64,000 nucleotides of DNA from the sequence record NC_019406.1; one strand, given 5' to 3'. Positions 8,892 through 17,146 of this stretch are shown one piece after another. The notes beneath the pieces are model-generated. The model was not told the origin of the DNA. It ran no database searches and saw only the letters and a program-made list of their open reading frames with translations. The translations under genes were made by a program, and so were the position numbers. Each line of letters opens with the position of its first letter. Within the stretch, counting starts at the first letter, position 1.

Positions 8892-8954
8892 GCCGGGGAT
8901 AGGGTGGTCGCTCGCCCTAAACAGTTCGGGTAAGCTCCGACTGCCCCGGCTCCA
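8892..8954 (+). ncRNA. 63-nt tRNA-like RNA with a CCA end and only two internal arms
   Basis: perfect 7-bp GCCGGGG/CCCCGGC stem, then T and CCA; internal hairpins TAGGG/CCCTA and CAG-T-TCGG/CCGA-CTG. Confidence 0.55.
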
Positions 8955-8961
8955 AGTTTGA

Positions 8962-9038
8962 TGCGGGGTGGAGCAGTCCGGTAGCTCGTTTGGCTCATAA
9001 CCAAAAGGTCGAGGGTTCAAATCCCTCCCCCGCATCCA
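8962..9038 (+). tRNA. tRNA-Met(CAT) with an fMet-like D-arm
   Basis: TGCGGGG/CCCCGCA acceptor, D-arm GAGC/GCTC, anticodon loop CTCATAA, T-arm GAGGG-TTCAAAT-CCCTC, U73, CCA; lacks the three consecutive anticodon-stem G:C pairs and the C1:A72 mismatch of initiators. Confidence 0.9.
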
Positions 9039-9039
9039 C

Positions 9040-9530
9040 AAGCTGAAGCTCCGATGGCGGTCCTAGGCCGCAGCTTTACCCGGTCCCACGTCGGACAAGG
9101 CCGGGGTCTAGGTGGTGAGATATGATCGACGCCGGCGGAGCGCCAAGCCACCTTCCGCCACCAACGCCGTGTGCGTGACAAGCCTGGAGAGAACGGGCAC
9201 TCCAATCCGGGGTATGAGGCCGGATGTAGCGAACGCCAGCGAGATCGGCGTGACTGGTGGGGGAGAGGACCCACGCTGATTTCGATGAACGCATTCGGCG
9301 ATGTCGGCTTTCTCCATGGAGCCGCCGCCTGAGGCAGGAGCTACTGCCTCCGTCATGCGTTCTGCCAAATCAGCTTCGTCGCGGGGGTTCGATTCCCCAA
9401 GTTCGCGCCTCCTAGGGCGTAGGGCTGCATGGGACACCGACGGATAAACGGGAGTTGCCGGTTCGAGTCCGGCCTGGGCGGGGACTAGGAAACCCGGCCG
9501 GTGGAGGTAACTGGAGAACCTCGTCCGACC
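9040..9530 (+). ncRNA. highly structured non-coding region with two further module copies and two orphan T-arms
   Basis: modules at 9164-9198 and 9227-9274; T-arm hairpins at 9384-9398 and 9457-9473; GAACGCAT/ATGCGTTC multi-branch stem. Confidence 0.5.
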
Positions 9531-9536
9531 TATTTT

Positions 9537-9623
9537 GGTGTGGTGGCTCGACAGGTAAGGCGCCGGCCTCATAAGCCGGAGGGCGAAAGTCCTATGTAGG
9601 TTCGAATCCTACTCACACCTCCA
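9537..9623 (+). tRNA. tRNA with CAT anticodon (Met or Ile2) and a long variable arm
   Basis: GGTGTGG/TCACACC acceptor, CCGGC-CTCATAA-GCCGG anticodon arm, AGGGC-GAAA-GTCCT extra arm, GTAGG-TTCGAAT-CCTAC T-arm, U73, CCA; 87 nt. Confidence 0.88.
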
Positions 9624-9629
9624 ACTATG

Positions 9630-9815
9630 CGACGCCCCAGCGTCCGGACGACTCCCTGGCCGGTAACCACTCCGTCACAGGGACTCCCAGCCGGGGATAG
9701 CATGCCGAGGACGGAAGGCGCACGCCGTGACTGCCGGGAGAGTACGGTATCGAGTGAAAGCCGTGAGGCAGACCCTAGTGGCTCGACGGGGGACGTGAGG
9801 TGGAAGCCCTCACAC
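9630..9815 (+). ncRNA. putative structured ncRNA with the sixth module copy
   Basis: ACGG/CCGT-GAC-TGCCG-GGAGAGTA-CGGTA at 9711-9749; terminal GTGAGG-TGGAAGC-CCTCAC hairpin. Confidence 0.45.
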
Positions 9816-9820
9816 CTTCC

Positions 9821-10069
9821 TCAATTGAACAGAAGCTGCTTGCTGTCGGGCCGGAACTGTACGCCGAGTTCGACCAGGATGCGCTTGATCGTGGCGTAGA
9901 AGTTCAACACCGCGCGGTGATCCGAGATGGATGCGCCTGTCACCAATGTGCGGGTCTTCCCCTCGTGCTGAACACGAATCTTGCAGTGCTTGTTGCGCTC
10001 GACCTCGAACGCCACATCGTGGTGCTTGAGGATGCGTTTCGCCATTTCTACGGTGTCTCGGCCAGCCAT
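9821..10069 (-). CDS. small hypothetical protein, possibly HicA-like fold
   Basis: 82 aa from ATG 10069; KHCKIRVQHEGKTRTLV resembles HicA-type alpha-beta-beta-beta-alpha proteins. Confidence 0.6.
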   Translation of the reverse strand: MAGRDTVEMAKRILKHHDVAFEVERNKHCKIRVQHEGKTRTLVTGASISDHRAVLNFYATIKRILVELGVQFRPDSKQLLFN

Positions 10070-10070
10070 G

Positions 10071-12008
10071 TCAGGCTCCCATCGCTTGGTTGATATTGTC
10101 TTCCTTTTCCTTTGCTGCCTGCGCGATTCGCGCATCGAGCGAACCGTTGGCGACCAGGAAATAGGACATGATCTTCTCGGCCGTCTGCCCAATCCGGCAG
10201 GCCCGATCTTCACACTGCTCGATCATGCTCGGGACCCAATCGCCTTCGGCAAAGGCGACGTCGGCCGCGCGCGTCAGCGTAAAGCCCACGCCGGCGGCGG
10301 CGATGTTCCCGATGAAGAGTCGGCAGGATTCGTCGGTCTGGAAGCGGTCGACCTGGGCCTGCCGCTTGTGCATGGGCGTGCCGCCCCAGATCACCGCCGG
10401 ACACCAGTTATCCATCCGCTCTGCGATTGCCTTGACGACGTCGGAGTGATAGGCGAACAGCAGCAGCTTCTCGCCCCCTTCCAGGAAGTCGGAGACCCAC
10501 GGCGTGACGCAGGAGAGCTTGGCGATGCCGAGTTCACGGCGCACGGCCGCCATCTCCTCGAACAGGATCGCAACTGCCGGCGGCTCCAGGCCCGCGACGG
10601 CGGCGGCATAGTCGAGGTCCAGGGTACGCCAGTTCGGATGATCTGGGTCCATGTCGGCCGAGAAGCCGATGCGGGCGGCGTTGTCGATGATCTGGGCGCC
10701 GTGGACGATCTCATCAACGACCTCGCCCTGGCCGAGATGGACCTTCTCGTAGAGCTTCAGCATCTGCGCCAGTTCGTCCTCGCGGGCGACCAGGGCGCGG
10801 ATTTCCGGGCTGTCCATAGGGACGACGACGCGGCGCTTGGGCGGCAGTTCAGGAAGCACCTCGCGCTTGAGGCGTCGGACCATGAAGCTGCTGCGCATCT
10901 TCTCACCGAGTTCAGCGAGGTTGGTCGCGCCGTTCACAACCAGTGCGCCGTTCTTGCCACGCATGGGATCGTGATAGGCGCCGCAGTATTTGTAGACGTA
11001 GTCGAGATACTTGGAGCCCAGACCGTTTGGATCGAATGCCTTGACGATCGGCCACAACTCCACCGGCCGCGACATCATGGGTGTGCCTGACAGGAAGACA
11101 CGACGATTGGCGTCGATCGCGGTATGCCAGACCGATTCCGTCGACAGGCCCTTCGCGGCCCGCTCCTTCTTCTGCTGTTTGGTGTAGGTCTTCTGCCCGC
11201 CCAGCACGAACAACGTCCGGCCGCTCTGATCAGTCTTCAGGGCGTGACATTCGTCACACACGACGTAGTCCCAGGTCCGGCTCTTGATCTGATTGGTGAA
11301 CCGGTCCAGGATATCGTAGTTGATGATGACGATGTCGGTGTTAGGCCAATAGTCCTTCTGGACCTCGGCGACCCGATACTTCGGCTTGCCTTGGACTTCG
11401 ATCTTCTTGTACTTTGTTTGACCTGCCTTGGGGCCGGACTTGTAGACGCCGTCCTCGACCTTTTCGTAGGCCTTGGTGAAGCCGTCCTGCACGCGCTCCA
11501 CACGCGATGCCTCAGCGATCCCGAACGTCAAGTTCGGCACCATCCACTTGTCGATTTCACGCTTCCAGTTGACCTTCAGCGACGCCGGCACGATAAAGAT
11601 CGCGGACGTAATGGAGGTGTCGGCATTGAGGACGCCAATCGCTTGGATCGTCTTACCGAGGCCCGGCTGATCTGCGATCAGCGTATCCTTCCGCATCAGA
11701 GCGTACTCGATACCGGCGCGCTGATAGGGTAGATATTCGAGCCCAGGGGGCGACGGGGGCACGTAGTCCGTCGTCGCCTTCCACGACATCTCCTCGCTGA
11801 TCTTGGCGACTTCGAGCGTGTGCTGGACATGTTCCAGCGCTCGCTCGCGCCAGTAGACGCCAGTCACCTTTTGGGCGACGTCCAGGCGATCGGTGACCCA
11901 GGCGCGGCGCAGCTTCGAGAACGTGAAGCCCGCCTCCTTCCAGAGGTGACGTTCTTCGTACGTCCCCATCCCGTAGAAGAGGTTGTCGCGGAAGTCGATG
12001 TGAGCCAT
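10071..12008 (-). CDS. SNF2/HARP-family helicase
   Basis: Walker A DQPGLGKT, DECH box, SGTP, motif VI QCEDRACRIGQ. Confidence 0.93.
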   Translation of the reverse strand: MAHIDFRDNLFYGMGTYEERHLWKEAGFTFSKLRRAWVTDRLDVAQKVTGVYWRERALEHVQHTLEVAKISEEMSWKATTDYVPPSPPGLEYLPYQRAGIEYALMRKDTLIADQPGLGKTIQAIGVLNADTSITSAIFIVPASLKVNWKREIDKWMVPNLTFGIAEASRVERVQDGFTKAYEKVEDGVYKSGPKAGQTKYKKIEVQGKPKYRVAEVQKDYWPNTDIVIINYDILDRFTNQIKSRTWDYVVCDECHALKTDQSGRTLFVLGGQKTYTKQQKKERAAKGLSTESVWHTAIDANRRVFLSGTPMMSRPVELWPIVKAFDPNGLGSKYLDYVYKYCGAYHDPMRGKNGALVVNGATNLAELGEKMRSSFMVRRLKREVLPELPPKRRVVVPMDSPEIRALVAREDELAQMLKLYEKVHLGQGEVVDEIVHGAQIIDNAARIGFSADMDPDHPNWRTLDLDYAAAVAGLEPPAVAILFEEMAAVRRELGIAKLSCVTPWVSDFLEGGEKLLLFAYHSDVVKAIAERMDNWCPAVIWGGTPMHKRQAQVDRFQTDESCRLFIGNIAAAGVGFTLTRAADVAFAEGDWVPSMIEQCEDRACRIGQTAEKIMSYFLVANGSLDARIAQAAKEKEDNINQAMGA

Positions 12009-12011
12009 GCG

Positions 12012-12380
12012 TCAGGCTTGGACCTTCGAGCGGTTCTTCTCGCGGATGAGGTCCATCTTGTTCTCGACGCGGCGCCATTCTTCCACGCCGAGCGTCAGCC
12101 CATCGTAACCATAGGCTTCGGCCGTAAGGAGCGCGGCGTTCAGTACGCCGGCGATCTCCTGGTACGGACGCCCCTTAGGGCGCCCGTAGGTGTGATTGAG
12201 TTGCTCCAGAGCCTTCTCACGTGAGATGCCGGCGGCCTGGGCGAGTTCGATCGCTTCTTCCAGGACCCGGATGGCGCGGTCCTTTCGGCTATTCAAGGTC
12301 TTCTTGCCCAGGCAGCGCTCCAGCCAATCAGCCAAGTTGGTCTGGAGCAGCACCTTGATCTCGCTGGCGTGATCAAACAC
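12012..12380 (-). CDS. MazG-like nucleotide pyrophosphohydrolase
   Basis: all-alpha RVLEEAIELAQA...QEIAGV EExxE-type pattern. Confidence 0.6.
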   Translation of the reverse strand: MFDHASEIKVLLQTNLADWLERCLGKKTLNSRKDRAIRVLEEAIELAQAAGISREKALEQLNHTYGRPKGRPYQEIAGVLNAALLTAEAYGYDGLTLGVEEWRRVENKMDLIREKNRSKVQA

Positions 12381-12392
12381 GAAACGTGACTC

Positions 12393-13601
12393 CTACTGGA
12401 ACTCGGTGCCGCCCTTGCGGGTCAGGTACGCTTCCGAGACGTGCTTGAGGATCGGGCGCAGGCGCTTGCCCGAGTCGAGCGTACGCTTGCGCTGATCGCC
12501 GGCGGCCGTGACCACCACACCTTCGCGGATGTTGGGGCCTTCCTGCTGATCCATCTTGCGGCCGAGCGTAGTCGTGCCCGACGCCAGCTTGTCGATCACC
12601 GCGCGATCGAACGGCCCCTTGTAGAGGACGGGGACGCGGTCGACGCCCATGGCGGCAAAGAAGGCCATCTTGTCGGCGTCATCCAGGTAGGACGTGCCGT
12701 GATTGTCGGAGACCCCAACGTCGAACGCCGCGAACGCCTTGGTCGTGAGGCCGTAATGCAGGTCTTGCACGCCGGCGCCGTAGACTTCGCCCAGCAGGTG
12801 AACACGGCAGCCGGGGAAGCGGGTCTGAGCCACTTCCTGAAGCTTGTCCGCCAGAGGCGCCAGCACCTTGACGTACAGCGTCTTGTCCAGGTTCTTCTGG
12901 ACGTTGATGAAGGTCAGGCCATCGGCGCCCATGCCCTTCGTCGAGATCGCGACGCGGCCGTCGCCGAACAGTTCGGGATCGGGCGCGGCGTCATCGACGT
13001 GGCTGATACGGGCCAGAGTACCGTGCAGCTTTTCGGTTACCACGACTTCTTCGCCGTCCTCAAACAAGTCCGGGAACGCCTTGATGTTCTCGATGTCGTA
13101 GTCCAGGCGCGACTCAAAGACGCCCTTCATCAAGCCGTCCATGCTGGTCGGCACTTCGGGAACGTACTTGGTGATGCCGAAGAACGGGGCGACATCTTCG
13201 TACAGGCTGACCTTCTTTCGACTCGCAGGGAAGATGCCCGCGCCAGCGTCGCCGAAGCCGACGATGATGCGGCCATTGACGTCACTGGTCTTCCAGACAA
13301 GGCCCTGGCTCAGCACGCCACGCAGCGTGATCGCCTTGACGCGGTTTCCGCGCGCGCCGGCCAGGATACCGACGCCCTTATCGGCGTTCCAGTATCCGCG
13401 CTCTTTAAGGTGCTGATCTGGTACGACCGCGCCCTCAGGCACGTAGATGACGTACTCGCCCTTGACGTAGCGGTGAGAGCCGTCCGGGTTCTTATTGGCG
13501 ATCGCCTCGTAACCGCGAATGCGCAGGATCGAAAGGCGGTCGGCATTGGGGTGGTCGTAAACGTCGTCGACCAGCAGGATCGGGACTTCGAAAGTGCTCA
13601 T
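12393..13601 (-). CDS. RNA ligase (Rnl2/DRB0094-type) with N-terminal OB-like domain
   Basis: HPNADRL N-terminus, motif I TEKLHGT, GEVYG, FAAFDV, REGVVV, C-terminal LKHVSEAYL. Confidence 0.92.
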   Translation of the reverse strand: MSTFEVPILLVDDVYDHPNADRLSILRIRGYEAIANKNPDGSHRYVKGEYVIYVPEGAVVPDQHLKERGYWNADKGVGILAGARGNRVKAITLRGVLSQGLVWKTSDVNGRIIVGFGDAGAGIFPASRKKVSLYEDVAPFFGITKYVPEVPTSMDGLMKGVFESRLDYDIENIKAFPDLFEDGEEVVVTEKLHGTLARISHVDDAAPDPELFGDGRVAISTKGMGADGLTFINVQKNLDKTLYVKVLAPLADKLQEVAQTRFPGCRVHLLGEVYGAGVQDLHYGLTTKAFAAFDVGVSDNHGTSYLDDADKMAFFAAMGVDRVPVLYKGPFDRAVIDKLASGTTTLGRKMDQQEGPNIREGVVVTAAGDQRKRTLDSGKRLRPILKHVSEAYLTRKGGTEFQ

Positions 13602-13674
13602 AGGGTCCTCGGGGTTTTCCCATGGACCCTATGGTTAACGGCTAGGACGTGTCAAGAATTCTGGCGCCTGGGCG

Positions 13675-13887
13675 TCAGTAGGGCTGTCGCTTCAGCGCCT
13701 GGGCGTCGTCCCAGAAAAGGTAGGTGACCAGGACGATCAGCGCGGGGACAATCCACCATCCGATCAGATTGGCGAGCGCGGCCACGAGAGCCCACGACAG
13801 AAAGCCGGCGATCACGCCACCAAAGCGGTTCCAGTTGAGCCGCACTTCGCCGGCGACTTGAGACATCGAACGCATCGTTTCCTCCAT
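13675..13887 (-). CDS. small membrane protein
   Basis: 70 aa, two hydrophobic helices, coupled to the upstream gene. Confidence 0.6.
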   Translation of the reverse strand: MEETMRSMSQVAGEVRLNWNRFGGVIAGFLSWALVAALANLIGWWIVPALIVLVTYLFWDDAQALKRQPY

Positions 13888-14348
13888 TATTGTTCTTCCT
13901 TCCGCATGGCCGAGCGAAGGGCGGTAAGCCGGCGACAGAACTCCGCCTGGGTCAGGACCGTATCGCGCGGATCGCGCTTACCGATCGAGTGCGTCAGCAC
14001 CGCATCGCCGGTGGCGAGCAGGGCCTTGCGGAAACCCTCGTTGGTGGCGAGCGCCATGTAGGCGCGATCCAGCAGAGTCTGATACTCGGGACCGTGCCGA
14101 TCGTATTCGACGCCGTTCCACCACAGCTTCTGCACACGCTGCCAGTGCTTGGACCGGCCGGCGCCGCGTTTCTTCGCCACGAGGCCGACGTTCTTGACGA
14201 CCTCACGCTGCATGTGAACCTTGTCGAACTTGAACGCCTGGAGCAGACCTTCCATCGACGCGACCAAGAGCCCGTCAAACCAGAAAGGGTGCGGGGCGAA
14301 GTTCGAGAGCGCGGATGACGGGTAGCCGCGACCGGAGCCGATGTCCAT
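13887..14348 (-). CDS. NADAR-family protein (T4 gp30.3-like)
   Basis: LSNFAPHPF, SMEGLLQAFK and FRKALLAT...LTHSIG match the gp30.3/NADAR pattern. Confidence 0.85.
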   Translation of the reverse strand: MDIGSGRGYPSSALSNFAPHPFWFDGLLVASMEGLLQAFKFDKVHMQREVVKNVGLVAKKRGAGRSKHWQRVQKLWWNGVEYDRHGPEYQTLLDRAYMALATNEGFRKALLATGDAVLTHSIGKRDPRDTVLTQAEFCRRLTALRSAMRKEEQ

Positions 14349-14617
14349 CAGCGGGTGATCTCCACCGCCGGCGGACGCGGGAACGCACGCAGCGTGTCGT
14401 AAAGGACCGTGGGATGATAGAGCAGGTAGATGAAGCTGAAGATGCTCGCGATGCAGATCGCGTAAGCGCAGCGCGTCGCCACGGCATCTGAGCCGGTATT
14501 GCCACCGAAGGCCTTACCCAACAGCGACATGATGACGCTCGCCACGAGCGAGAAGAACGCCAGGATTCCGAGGACGACAAACACAGCGCCGTTCAGATTT
14601 GCGGCCCAGAACGGCAT
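14348..14617 (-). CDS. membrane protein
   Basis: 89 aa, two TM helices, TGATG-type overlap. Confidence 0.65.
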   Translation of the reverse strand: MPFWAANLNGAVFVVLGILAFFSLVASVIMSLLGKAFGGNTGSDAVATRCAYAICIASIFSFIYLLYHPTVLYDTLRAFPRPPAVEITR

Positions 14618-14958
14618 CAGAAGTCGAGTCCCAGGTCTTTACGCTGCTCAGGCGTCAGCGCCGCCATAGCCGCGCTCTTGGCTTCAGCCTTTTGCCGACC
14701 ACGCTGCGCGATGAGGTCGATATTGAGGTCCGAAGCGGGGAACCCATCCTGGGCGCCCTCGGCAAGCAGATAGTATCGGTCACCGACCTTGATTGCGTAG
14801 CGTTCGCGGACTGTGCCCATACCGCCGAAGTAGCCTTTTCCGGTCGCGGCATAGTCGGCTTCGCCTGACGAAGCGAAGTAGCCGACAATGCCGCCGACAA
14901 CGCCACGATCATCGGTGGTCGTATAGGTGACGTACAGGCGGACGATCTTCGCTTCCAT
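14617..14958 (-). CDS. hypothetical protein
   Basis: 113-aa ORF in the operon. Confidence 0.65.
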   Translation of the reverse strand: MEAKIVRLYVTYTTTDDRGVVGGIVGYFASSGEADYAATGKGYFGGMGTVRERYAIKVGDRYYLLAEGAQDGFPASDLNIDLIAQRGRQKAEAKSAAMAALTPEQRKDLGLDF

Positions 14959-15815
14959 TAGCCGACTCCTAGGGCATCGAGCAGAAGCTGATTAGCCTCG
15001 CGCTCGAAGGCGGCATTCGGCGGCAGCCTGTCGAAGCCCTTCTCCTTCACCCAGCCGATCGACGACTCCACGAAGCTGTCGAGCGCCGGGATACGCGTGC
15101 CGTGACCGACTTCGCCCATGGTCGCCTTGCGGCCCAGGAGCTTCGCCACTTCGTCGCGAGCGGCATCGGGAATGATGTCATGCGACATAAGCTGCGGCAG
15201 CGTCATCGGCGGGACTTCGCCGTAGCGCTGAATCCAAGCGATCGCGCAGGCGCCCCGGATGGCGTAGAGGTACTTCTTGAGGTTGACCGTGGTGATGCCT
15301 TTGATCATCACGCCGTCGCGCTCATGCTGGGCGAGCACCTCAGCCGTCGGACGGTTGTTGATCTCGCCCTCGTAGCACTGCCGAGTCAGCCCGAAGTAGT
15401 GGCGGGCGCTGGCTTCCGGGCTGGAGTTACGCTTGATCAGGTCGCGAAGCTTGTAGGGCAGCGGACCATGCTCGCGATAGATCAGCGGACTGGACAGCCA
15501 TTCGGCGACCGTGGCGTTGCCCTTGACGAGCAGCCCCAGGGCCTTACGCAGGTCCCAGCCATTCAGGTCCCAGACACCTTCAATCGGACGCTCGATCACG
15601 TCGCGCGGCGTCGTCAGCCCCAGATATTGCGAGAGCGGGCGAACGTAGAAGAACCGGACGTCGTTGTCGCTATCCGGCGACGGGAAGCCCCAGGCGCGCG
15701 AGCCGCTCTCCACCGCGAACACGATGGTGACGTTGTCCTCGGCTTCGACCCGCCCGAGACGGTTGTTGGCCTCGCCATAGACATCCAGCGGCAGGGTAGG
15801 GGCAGTGAACGACAT
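14958..15815 (-). CDS. Pol-beta superfamily nucleotidyltransferase (RlaP/YcgL-like)
   Basis: ESGSRAWGFPSPDSDNDVRF, GWDLRKAL, EWLSSPLIY, KKYLY; SD GAGGAG before ATG 15815. Confidence 0.88.
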   Translation of the reverse strand: MSFTAPTLPLDVYGEANNRLGRVEAEDNVTIVFAVESGSRAWGFPSPDSDNDVRFFYVRPLSQYLGLTTPRDVIERPIEGVWDLNGWDLRKALGLLVKGNATVAEWLSSPLIYREHGPLPYKLRDLIKRNSSPEASARHYFGLTRQCYEGEINNRPTAEVLAQHERDGVMIKGITTVNLKKYLYAIRGACAIAWIQRYGEVPPMTLPQLMSHDIIPDAARDEVAKLLGRKATMGEVGHGTRIPALDSFVESSIGWVKEKGFDRLPPNAAFEREANQLLLDALGVG

Positions 15816-15867
15816 AGGGCTCCTCTCGTCAGTCTGGACGGCAGTTACCCGCACTACCTGCCGGCTG

Positions 15868-16122
15868 TCAACTCTTGTTGTCTATGCTCGTGGCTGGGAA
15901 GTTGCGACCTTCAGGCCAGACCGCCGGCACCGCGACCGGCGTCAGGTCGTACTCTCGAAGGAGCGCGCCGGCCGCCTGGAGCGCAAGGCTCTTGTCGCCT
16001 GCGGTCGCGCGCTTCCAGCGCTCCTGGCGCAGTTCGTCCAGGGTCCAAGGCGTCCCCGGCGGCAGCGGCAGGTACGGGCCAAGTACCGCCCGAGCCACCT
16101 GCATCTTCAGGTCTTCACTCAT
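15868..16122 (-). CDS. hypothetical protein
   Basis: 84-aa ORF with ATGA overlap. Confidence 0.5.
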   Translation of the reverse strand: MSEDLKMQVARAVLGPYLPLPPGTPWTLDELRQERWKRATAGDKSLALQAAGALLREYDLTPVAVPAVWPEGRNFPATSIDNKS

Positions 16123-16496
16123 TTGCGCCGCTTCCGTGGCTTGACCGGCGCTTGGGTGACCGTCTTGTTGGTGAAGACCTGCTTCACGCAGGGTTCCCCG
16201 TTTTCGTCCGGTAGCACGATCGTGAACTTCGTGTAGGTGCTGTGCTGGCCGGTCTTGAAGTCCTCGGCCTCGCGCATCGTCATGGACGGCATCGGTTGGC
16301 CTTTGACGAGATAGCCATCCAGGGCGCTGGGCGGCCGATCCCAGGACATCGGGATGCCCTCTAGATAGGGTCCCGTCGCCAGCGCTTTGAGCTTGCTGGC
16401 GATCTCGTGAATCTTCGGACTGTCGGGCGAGATAAGATAGGCGTGCTGGACCGTCTCCTCGACGATCATGAGGACGCTGCCATTGGGATAGGTCAT
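16119..16496 (-). CDS. hypothetical protein
   Basis: 125 aa from ATG 16496, which overlaps the upstream TGA. Confidence 0.6.
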   Translation of the reverse strand: MTYPNGSVLMIVEETVQHAYLISPDSPKIHEIASKLKALATGPYLEGIPMSWDRPPSALDGYLVKGQPMPSMTMREAEDFKTGQHSTYTKFTIVLPDENGEPCVKQVFTNKTVTQAPVKPRKRRK

Positions 16497-17137
16497 GAGG
16501 CCTTCTTCTCCGCGTGCTTGTCCCACAACCCGCCGTGATACCGAATGTCCGCCTCGTAGTGCCACACCATCCTGCGAGCGTCCTTGGCGGCCTTGCGCCC
16601 GCGCACCGTATCCTTTTGGCGCTCGGCCTCGGCGGTGTACTGCGCGATTTTGGCCTCGTCGTAGGCGCGCTCAGCGGCTTTATGTCCGTACGTTACCGCT
16701 CGGAACTTCTGATAGAACCAGACGGCGCCGGGACCATCATCGTACATCCAACTCGGCGCGCCGAAGATGTTGATGAACAGCGGCGCCTTTTCGTTCTTCC
16801 GGATGATCACGCGGCCCCAGCCGCTAGGGGCGGTGTGCTGTGGACGCGAATCGTCCTTGGGATTGAAGTATTCGACTTCCCAGGTGTGATTGTCGTCCAG
16901 CACGTTGATCTCGCGCTCGGGCCGGAACGGATGCCACAACTCGCGCACTAGCCGATAGACCGTCTGGGCCGGGTCCTCGCCCGGCACCAGATCATGGGTC
17001 GTGATGCCGTAGTGATGGTCGCACTCGATCCCGATCACTTCGGTGGCATTCTCCGGACCTAGGCCGCCGGCCGAGGCCGGTGTCAGGTAGCTGGCGTAGT
17101 CCACGCCAAACCGAAGCGGGATGTACGAATGCGCCAT
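16493..17137 (-). CDS. hypothetical protein
   Basis: 214-aa ORF with SD. Confidence 0.7.
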   Translation of the reverse strand: MAHSYIPLRFGVDYASYLTPASAGGLGPENATEVIGIECDHHYGITTHDLVPGEDPAQTVYRLVRELWHPFRPEREINVLDDNHTWEVEYFNPKDDSRPQHTAPSGWGRVIIRKNEKAPLFINIFGAPSWMYDDGPGAVWFYQKFRAVTYGHKAAERAYDEAKIAQYTAEAERQKDTVRGRKAAKDARRMVWHYEADIRYHGGLWDKHAEKKAS

Positions 17138-17146
17138 CTCGGGCTC

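Noticed and set aside
9411-9478. Possible additional tRNA around the T-arm at 9457-9473
   Set aside because: No convincing 7-bp acceptor stem, D-arm or anticodon arm, and no CCA. Kept only as an orphan T-arm.
8216-9623. Suppressor tRNA or stop-codon recoding
   Set aside because: The anticodons are GCA and CAT, and genes in the window end normally at TAA, TAG and TGA without signs of read-through.
7461-9815. RNase P RNA, SRP RNA, 6S RNA or group I/II intron in the RNA island
   Set aside because: I could not find their hallmark motifs (GAGGAAAGUCC, the SRP GGAA/AGCAG loop, group II domain V). A covariance search is still needed.
7776-9899. Short ORFs listed across the RNA island
   Set aside because: They overlap tRNA and tmRNA genes, lack SD sequences and have atypical composition.
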